Assembly: GCA_050010675.1 (NCBI GenBank)
Contig: JBEKKN010000001.1
Span: 7,465 to 71,464, forward strand
Length of the DNA: 64,000 bases
Direction: 5' to 3'
Origin: Verrucomicrobiota bacterium
GTDB lineage: Bacteria; Verrucomicrobiota; Verrucomicrobiia; Limisphaerales; UBA11358
Within the stretch, counting starts at the first letter, position 1, and the number at the start of each line of letters is the position of its first letter. A program made the translations under genes and the position numbers. A model generated the notes under the pieces. The model was not told the origin of the DNA and did no database searches. It was given only the letters and a program-made list of their open reading frames with translations. Below are positions 39,232 through 46,046 of the stretch, piece by piece.

Positions 39232-40374
39232 ATGAAATACAGCGGCATCCTGCGGATCGGCTTCAAGCTGCTGGTCAACGATCGGGGCAAGTTCTTTGCC
39301 CTGTTGATCGGGATCACCTTTGCCGTGTTCCTGATGATGGAAATGACCGCCATGTTCGCCGGCATCCTCAACCGGGCCTTTTCGCCGGTCACCAATATCG
39401 GTGCCGCGATGTGGATCATGGATCCGGCGGTCAATACGGCCACCAGTCCCATCCCCCTGCCGGGATATGTGCTCGACGCGGCGCGCAGCATGGACGGCGT
39501 CAGTTACGCCGTGCCGCTCTTCATGGGCGGTGCGCTGGTCAAGCTGGCCAGCGGCACCTATCAGGGGGTCAATGTAGTCGGTCTGGACGACAGCAGTCTG
39601 TTTGGCCGGCCCGAACTGGAACAGGGCAATATTCAGGACATCTATGCCGACAACACCTTCTTCGTGGTGGATGACGCTGAATTCTCCAAGCTGGGGAACC
39701 CGAAGATCGGCACGACCTTCGAACTCAATGATCACCGTGGCCGGATCGTAGGCATCGCCCGGGTCGCCGCCAACGGACTGAATGGCGTTCCCACGCTGTA
39801 CACCACTTACAACCGTGCGATTGAATACCTGCCGTCGACGCGCTTCACCATGTCCTATGTTCTGGTGCAGCCGAAAAATGACGCGGCGGTGCCCGGCATC
39901 AAGCAACAAGTCGCCAGGCTTGGCTATGTCGCCTTCACCAAGGATGAATTCAACAACCGGATCACCCACTATTACACCTACCAGACCGGGATTGGCACCA
40001 ACATCCTGTTGATGACCATCATCGCGTTTATTGTCGGACTGTCCATCTCCGGCCAGACTTTCTATACCTTCATCCTCGAAAACCTCGAAAAATTTGGCGC
40101 GCTGAAAGCCATCGGGGCCAAGGGGCGCGAGCTGGTTTACATGATCCTCTTCATGGCGTTCTTCACGGCCATGATCGGCTATGGGCTGGGCATCGGTCTG
40201 GTGACGTTGATGATTTCGATCGCCCGCTACCGGCTGCCCAACTACGCGGCGATGATCACCTTTGGAAACCTGGGACTCGCCTTCGGCATGGTCCTGCTCA
40301 TTGCCGGCATCTCAAGCTATATTGGCATACGCAAGGTTCTCAAGATCGAGCCATTCGACATCTTTCGGGGGTAG
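39232..40374 (+). CDS. FtsX-like ABC permease (DevC type)
   Basis: An N-terminal TM segment, a large periplasmic domain and a C-terminal FtsX-type 3-TM bundle. Start set to ATG 39232 (MKYSGILRIGFKLLVND). Confidence 0.8.
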   Translation: MKYSGILRIGFKLLVNDRGKFFALLIGITFAVFLMMEMTAMFAGILNRAFSPVTNIGAAMWIMDPAVNTATSPIPLPGYVLDAARSMDGVSYAVPLFMGGALVKLASGTYQGVNVVGLDDSSLFGRPELEQGNIQDIYADNTFFVVDDAEFSKLGNPKIGTTFELNDHRGRIVGIARVAANGLNGVPTLYTTYNRAIEYLPSTRFTMSYVLVQPKNDAAVPGIKQQVARLGYVAFTKDEFNNRITHYYTYQTGIGTNILLMTIIAFIVGLSISGQTFYTFILENLEKFGALKAIGAKGRELVYMILFMAFFTAMIGYGLGIGLVTLMISIARYRLPNYAAMITFGNLGLAFGMVLLIAGISSYIGIRKVLKIEPFDIFRG

Positions 40375-40376
40375 CC

Positions 40377-41870
40377 ATGAACCATTCCATGAGAACTTTA
40401 ATGTTTCAGCTCCAAAGCGTAACCGGACCTACCATCGTATCACTGGCATGCGTGGTTCTGTTTGCCGGCTGCAGCTTCGCGCCAAAATATTCGGAACCAT
40501 CGGTTCAAACGCCGGCCGCTTTCAAGGAATTGACGCCGGCGCAATCATCGGAAACGGATGGCTGGAAAGCCGCCAGGCGAGACGACGACCGGCTTCGCGG
40601 CCAGTGGTGGAAAATGTTTAACGAGCCGGAGTTGAACGCCTTTGAAAGTCAGGTGAACGTTTCCAACCAGACGGTCGCCGTTGCACTGGCCAATTTTCTC
40701 GCCGCCCGGGCGGTGGTGAAACAAGCCCGATCGCAGTATTTCCCATCCGTGACCGCCAACCCCTCCGTCACGGAATCACGGCAACAGGTAACTTCATCAA
40801 GTTCTTCGCCGGCCTCTTCCACGTTCACCGAATACTCGCTGCCCTTTGATGCCTCCTGGGAGCCGGATTTTTGGGGACGCATCCGCAACACCGTGAAGGC
40901 TAATTCGCTGGAAGCCCAAGCCACGCTGGCTGATTTGGAAAACGTGCGCCTGACCATTCAGGCGGAATTGGCGGTGGACTATTTTCAGCTGCGCGTGCTG
41001 GACGCGCAGAAACAGCTGTTGGCTGCGACGGTGACCGCTTTTCAGGAATCACTCAAGCTGACCCAGGATCAGTCTGACACGGGCCTGGCATCCGATCAGG
41101 ACGTCGCGCTGGCCGAAACGCAACTTAACACCGCGCTCGCGCAGGCCACCGACCTCGGCATCCAGCGCGCGCAACTCGAACACGCCATCGCGACGCTGCT
41201 CGGCCAGCCGGCTTCAACCTTTGCCATCGCACCCCGTTCGCTGACCACACAACCCATCGCCATTCCCTTCGGCGTTCCGTCGCAATTGCTCGAACGCCGT
41301 CCGGACATCGCCGCCGCCGAACGCCGCGTCGCGGAGGCCAACGCGCAAATTGGCGTGGCGCGCGCGGCTTATTTTCCGACCATCACGTTGAGCGGTGCGG
41401 TGGGCTACCAAAGCACCTCCATACAAAATCTGTTTTCCGCGCCGGGTCTGGTCTGGTCCGTCGGCGCGACGCTGGCGCAAACCCTGTTTGATGGCGGCTT
41501 GCGCAAAGCCGTCACCGAGCAGTCCCGGGCAATCTACCAGGGGACGGTCGCGAATTACCGTCAGACCGTGCTCACCGCCTTTCAGGAAGTCGAAGACAAT
41601 TTATCAGCACTGCGAATCCTGTCGCAGGAACGGGAACAACAGGATGCCGCTGTCGCCTCGTCGCAACGCTACTTGAGGCTCGCCGACGTCCGCTACCAAT
41701 CCGGCATTGATATTTATCTCAATGTGATCATCGCGCAAACCGCGCTGTTGAACAATCAACGAATGGCGCTGAACCTCCAGATGGAACAACTGACGGCAAG
41801 CGTCCAGTTGATCAAGGCATTGGGCGGCGGCTGGGAGGTTTCGTCGGGAGCGACCGCGTCCATTCCTTGA
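40377..41870 (+). CDS. outer membrane efflux lipoprotein (NodT/TolC family)
   Basis: Lipobox LFAGCSF and two OEP repeats (LNVSNQTVAVALANFLAARA..., QLLERRPDIAAAERRVAEANAQIGVARAAYFP). Confidence 0.9.
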   Translation: MNHSMRTLMFQLQSVTGPTIVSLACVVLFAGCSFAPKYSEPSVQTPAAFKELTPAQSSETDGWKAARRDDDRLRGQWWKMFNEPELNAFESQVNVSNQTVAVALANFLAARAVVKQARSQYFPSVTANPSVTESRQQVTSSSSSPASSTFTEYSLPFDASWEPDFWGRIRNTVKANSLEAQATLADLENVRLTIQAELAVDYFQLRVLDAQKQLLAATVTAFQESLKLTQDQSDTGLASDQDVALAETQLNTALAQATDLGIQRAQLEHAIATLLGQPASTFAIAPRSLTTQPIAIPFGVPSQLLERRPDIAAAERRVAEANAQIGVARAAYFPTITLSGAVGYQSTSIQNLFSAPGLVWSVGATLAQTLFDGGLRKAVTEQSRAIYQGTVANYRQTVLTAFQEVEDNLSALRILSQEREQQDAAVASSQRYLRLADVRYQSGIDIYLNVIIAQTALLNNQRMALNLQMEQLTASVQLIKALGGGWEVSSGATASIP

Positions 41871-41883
41871 TCCAAAACCAATT

Positions 41884-42978
41884 ATGAATACGAACCTGAT
41901 CCCTATCGCAAAGAAACTGGTCGCCGACAACAAAGGTTTGCTGGCGATGGATGAAAGCAATCCCACCTGCAACCGACGATTCGCGAAGCTCAACATTCCG
42001 CAGACGCTGGAAGCCCGGCGTGCCTATCGTGAACTCATCTTAACCACGCCCGGTCTCGGCGAAAGCATCAGCGGCGTGATTCTCTACGACGAGACCATTC
42101 GCCAGTCGAAAAAAGATGGCACCACCTTTCTTAAAGTCCTTGGTGACGCGGGCATCATCCCCGGCATCAAGGTGGATACCGGGGCCAAGGACCTGGCCGC
42201 GCATCCCGGGGAAAAAATCACCGAAGGTCTGGATGGCCTGCGCGATCGGCTTAAGGAATACTTTCAAATGGGCGCGCGGTTTGCCAAGTGGCGCGCGGTG
42301 ATTGCCATCGGCAATGGCATTCCCAGTCAAAGTTGCATCGAGGCCAACGCGCACGCGTTGGCGCGTTACGCCGCGTTGTGCCAGGAAGCCGGACTGGTCC
42401 CCGTCGTCGAGCCGGAAGTGCTCATGGACGGAGACCATACCCTGGAGCGGTGCGGCGAGGTGACGGAGCAGGTCTTGCGAACCGTTTTCAACCAGCTGAA
42501 TTCCCAGCGCGTGGGGCTGGAGGGCATGATCCTCAAACCCAACATGGTGCTGCCGGGATTCACCTGCCCCCCGCACCAGGAAGTCAAAGAAGTGGGCGTC
42601 GGCGAACAGCAATATCAAGTGAGGCTGACCGACCGTCAGCCGGACGAGGGCCAAGATATCGACGAGGTCGCCAACATCACGGTGAAGAGTCTGTGGCGAA
42701 CCGTTCCCGCGGCGGTTCCGGGGATTGCCTTTTTGTCCGGCGGACAATCCGCCGAACTGGCCTCGGCCCGTTTGAATACCATGAATCTTCGATTCAAGTC
42801 GCAACTGCCATGGGCACTGTCATTTTCCTTTGCCCGTGCCATCCAGCAGCCGGCTTTGGAAATCTGGCAGGGCAAAGAGGCCAACGTGCTTGCGGCTCAG
42901 CAAGCTTTGCTTCATCGTGCCCGATGCAACCGTGCCGCGCGCCGGGGTGAATACACTGTTGCGATGGAAAGGACATGA
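41884..42978 (+). CDS. fba: class I fructose-bisphosphate aldolase
   Basis: NKGLLAMDESNPTCNRRF, IPGIKVDTG, the Schiff-base region ILKPNMV, and FLSGGQS. Confidence 0.9.
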   Translation: MNTNLIPIAKKLVADNKGLLAMDESNPTCNRRFAKLNIPQTLEARRAYRELILTTPGLGESISGVILYDETIRQSKKDGTTFLKVLGDAGIIPGIKVDTGAKDLAAHPGEKITEGLDGLRDRLKEYFQMGARFAKWRAVIAIGNGIPSQSCIEANAHALARYAALCQEAGLVPVVEPEVLMDGDHTLERCGEVTEQVLRTVFNQLNSQRVGLEGMILKPNMVLPGFTCPPHQEVKEVGVGEQQYQVRLTDRQPDEGQDIDEVANITVKSLWRTVPAAVPGIAFLSGGQSAELASARLNTMNLRFKSQLPWALSFSFARAIQQPALEIWQGKEANVLAAQQALLHRARCNRAARRGEYTVAMERT

Positions 42979-43997
42979 GCATGACAACAAAGAGACAGCT
43001 CGTGGATGAATCGCCTTTGTATCCACTGCGATTCGAACCGATCTATCAATATCGGCTCTGGGGTGGCCGACGTTTGGCCAATTTCCTCTCCGCTCCGCTG
43101 CCCGGTGATGGTCCCATCGGCGAAGCCTGGCTGTTGAGCGACCGCGAGGACCATCCGAGCCGTGTCGCCGATGGACCACTTAAGGGACGAAGCATCGGAC
43201 AATTGCTTCATCAGTGGCCCGAACAGATGCTGGGAAAACTGGCCGGGCAGTTCCGTCGGTTCCCGCTGCTGCTGAAATTTCTCGACGTGCGAGAAACGCT
43301 CTCGGTCCAGGTGCATCCATCGGATCAGCAGACCCAATATATCCCCGCGGGCGAGACCGGGAAGACCGAAGCCTGGGTGGTGCTGGAGGCGGGGACAAAA
43401 AGCCGCATCTACGCGGGCCTCAAGCCTGCCACCACAACCGACACCCTACGGCAGACGCTCGCGAACGGAACGGTGGCTGACCACCTCGCAGGCTTCACTC
43501 CGAAGCCCGGCGACGGAATTTTCATACCGGCTGGAACCGTTCATTCGTTGGGCGACGTGGTGGTTTTTGAAGTGCAGGAAAACAGCGACGTGACATTCCG
43601 GCTTTTCGACTGGAACCACGTTGACGCCAGGACCGGCCAGCCCCGGCCTCTGCAAGTTGATCAGGCGATGGCCTGCATTAATTTTGCGCAAGGTGCAATT
43701 GGTCCGGTGGTGCCCATGTTGGATGAAGTAAAGCCGGTGTCGCGCGAGCGGCTCTTTGATTGTGAACAGTTCGGTTTGTGGCGGTTCGGCGCAGAATCGC
43801 CATTTGGAGTTGGTGCCGAAAGAACCCCGCGGGTGCTGGTGTGTCTCACCGGTGACGGTCAGGTGGAACACGATGGCGCCAATTACGCCATCGGAAAGGG
43901 GGATGTGCTGCTCTTGCCGGCCATGGTTGGAGCATGTTTGTGCCGGCCGCGCGGTGCCATCAGCTTGTTGGAGATTTCATTGCCGGAAGGAAAATAA
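42975..43997 (+). CDS. manA: type I phosphomannose isomerase
   Basis: WGGRRL, LLKFLDVRETLSVQVHPSD and ETGKTEAWVVLEA. The start overlaps the fba stop. Confidence 0.85.
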   Translation: MSMTTKRQLVDESPLYPLRFEPIYQYRLWGGRRLANFLSAPLPGDGPIGEAWLLSDREDHPSRVADGPLKGRSIGQLLHQWPEQMLGKLAGQFRRFPLLLKFLDVRETLSVQVHPSDQQTQYIPAGETGKTEAWVVLEAGTKSRIYAGLKPATTTDTLRQTLANGTVADHLAGFTPKPGDGIFIPAGTVHSLGDVVVFEVQENSDVTFRLFDWNHVDARTGQPRPLQVDQAMACINFAQGAIGPVVPMLDEVKPVSRERLFDCEQFGLWRFGAESPFGVGAERTPRVLVCLTGDGQVEHDGANYAIGKGDVLLLPAMVGACLCRPRGAISLLEISLPEGK

Positions 43998-44001
43998 CCA
44001 C

Positions 44002-44784
44002 ATGAAAAGACTCATCGTTTTCGATCTGGATGGCACGCTGGCCGAAAGCAAAGCTTCGCTCGATGCCGAGATGGCCAGACTGCTCACCGCTCTGCTGGGA
44101 ATTGTGAAGGTGGCGGTGATTTCCGGCGGCGATTGGCCACAATTTGAGAAACAAGTGCTCTCCAATCTGCCCCACGATGAACACCTGAAGAACCTGTCCC
44201 TGCTCCCCACCTGTGGAACAAAGTTCTACCAATACGCCGGAGATTGGAAAAAAATCTATTCAGAAGATTTCACTACGGATCAAAAAGGGAAAATCATCAA
44301 CTCTCTAAAAAAAGCGCTCGAAGCAGCGGGCTTCAAGGTCGAAAAGGTCTGGGGAGAAACCATTGAGGATCGGGGAAGCCAGATTACGTTTTCGGCTTTG
44401 GGTCAGCAGGCGCCCATCGCAGAAAAGAAAAAATGGGACCCCGATTTCAGCAAGCGCAGGAAGATCAAGGCACTCCTTGATAAACTGATCCCTGAGTTTT
44501 CCGTGCGCCTGGGAGGCACGACCTCCGTTGACGTCACCAAGCCGGGCATTGATAAAGCCTACGGGATTCGGAAACTCCGTGACATCCTTGGCATTGCCAT
44601 TGATGAGATGATTTTTATCGGCGATGCGTTGTTTCCCGGCGGAAACGACTATCCGGCCAAAGAAGCAGGAGTTGTGTCCATCCGGGTCCGGGATCCCAAT
44701 GAATCGAAACGAGTGATTGAAGCCATTGTCGCTTGTCTGGGTGGCGTTCAACCCACAAAACCTCGTGCGGAGAAGACCGGATGA
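44002..44784 (+). CDS. HAD-IIB hydrolase, phosphomannomutase-like
   Basis: IVFDLDGTLAESKASLD, VAVISGGDW and FIGDALFPGGNDYPA resemble the eukaryotic-type PMM / HAD-IIB fold. Start set to ATG 44002. Confidence 0.7.
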   Translation: MKRLIVFDLDGTLAESKASLDAEMARLLTALLGIVKVAVISGGDWPQFEKQVLSNLPHDEHLKNLSLLPTCGTKFYQYAGDWKKIYSEDFTTDQKGKIINSLKKALEAAGFKVEKVWGETIEDRGSQITFSALGQQAPIAEKKKWDPDFSKRRKIKALLDKLIPEFSVRLGGTTSVDVTKPGIDKAYGIRKLRDILGIAIDEMIFIGDALFPGGNDYPAKEAGVVSIRVRDPNESKRVIEAIVACLGGVQPTKPRAEKTG

Positions 44785-45905
44785 GCGGCTTTCAATTACA
44801 GCGCCTGGGAATGTTGATGGAGCCGGAGCCGGGCAACCCGCAGGAGATTGAAGGCGTCCTGAATTCCGCGGCTGCTCGCGGTCAGGACGGCAGGCTTTAC
44901 CTGTTTCCGAGACTAGTTGCCAAGGGCAACTATTCGCGCATCGGCATCGCCCGCGTAAAATTCAACGAAGCCGGCGACCCGTCCGGAGTCGAGCGACTCG
45001 GCATCGCGCTTGAGCCGGAAGCGGATTACGAGCGGCGTTCTGACGGCCGTGGCGGATGCGAGGATGCCCGGGTTACCTTTGTCGAGCCGCTTCAGCATTA
45101 CGTCATGACTTATACGGCGCTTTCGCCGGGAGGACCCCGGATCGCCCTGGCCATGTCGGAGGATTTGTTCCACTGGGAGCGGATCGGGCTGGCAATCTTT
45201 GAACCCTTTCAAGGCATTGATTTCGTCCACGTGGACAACAAGGATGCCAGCATCTTCCCCGTCGCCATTCCCAATCACGCCGGAAAAATGCAGCTGGCCA
45301 TGCTCCATCGTCCGCTTTTTCCCGGCACCCGCCCCGAGGAAACCGCCTGCCTGGACGAGTCCCGGATGGTGGATCGCGAGCATGAAAGCATCTGGATTTC
45401 CTACTGTCCAATGCCGCCTGAGGGCCTGGCGCCGCATCGGCCCGGCTTGTTCAACTCGCATCATCGGCTGGCCAGTCCGGTCTCAGCCTGGGAAAAGCTG
45501 AAAATCGGCGGCGGCACTCCACCCATTCTAACCAAGCATGGCTGGCTGATTCTTTACCACGGCGTGAGCAAAATGGCGGAACCAGACAGCAACGGACACC
45601 CGCTCCGCTACTCGGCCGGGGTGATGGTTCTGTCAAAAGAGCATCCGCAGGAAATCCGCTATCGTTCCACGGACCCGGTGTTGACGCCGGAGTTGCCACA
45701 GGAACGCCACGGGACCATCGCCAACGTCGTGTTCCCCACCGGCATCGACCGGCGCGACGATCTCGGCACGCCCGACCGCTTTGACATTTATTACGGGATG
45801 GCCGACAACCGGATTGGTGTGGCGCGTCTCGACCTGCCGGAACATCTGCCACCAGGAGCAGCCGCCGACGGGCCGTCGCCAAAATCAAGAGAGACTATGT
45901 GGTGA
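44781..45905 (+). CDS. GH130 family glycosidase/beta-mannoside phosphorylase-like protein
   Basis: LNSAAARGQDGRLYLFPR, CEDARVTF, NKDASIFP, YYGMADNRIGVARL and a five-bladed beta-propeller pattern. The ATG overlaps the previous stop. Confidence 0.75.
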   Translation: MSGFQLQRLGMLMEPEPGNPQEIEGVLNSAAARGQDGRLYLFPRLVAKGNYSRIGIARVKFNEAGDPSGVERLGIALEPEADYERRSDGRGGCEDARVTFVEPLQHYVMTYTALSPGGPRIALAMSEDLFHWERIGLAIFEPFQGIDFVHVDNKDASIFPVAIPNHAGKMQLAMLHRPLFPGTRPEETACLDESRMVDREHESIWISYCPMPPEGLAPHRPGLFNSHHRLASPVSAWEKLKIGGGTPPILTKHGWLILYHGVSKMAEPDSNGHPLRYSAGVMVLSKEHPQEIRYRSTDPVLTPELPQERHGTIANVVFPTGIDRRDDLGTPDRFDIYYGMADNRIGVARLDLPEHLPPGAAADGPSPKSRETMW

Positions 45906-45993
45906 AGACCTCATAAGCGGTTTCGGCATGTCCTCTTTATATCTGTCGCACGCGGTTACGTAAATGTTGTTTCCATTTTTGCAGCCATCCATA

Positions 45994-46038
45994 GTCGGGT
46001 TACACCCCATAGGACATGGCCAGCCTTGGGCGTAGGCT
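45994..46038 (+). promoter_or_regulatory. candidate promoter, site h: GTCGGGTTACACCCCAT-N22-TAGGCT
   Basis: Same element, orientation and spacer. The in-frame ATG 46047 lies 8 nt after the hexamer. Confidence 0.55.
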
Positions 46039-46046
46039 TGATCCGA

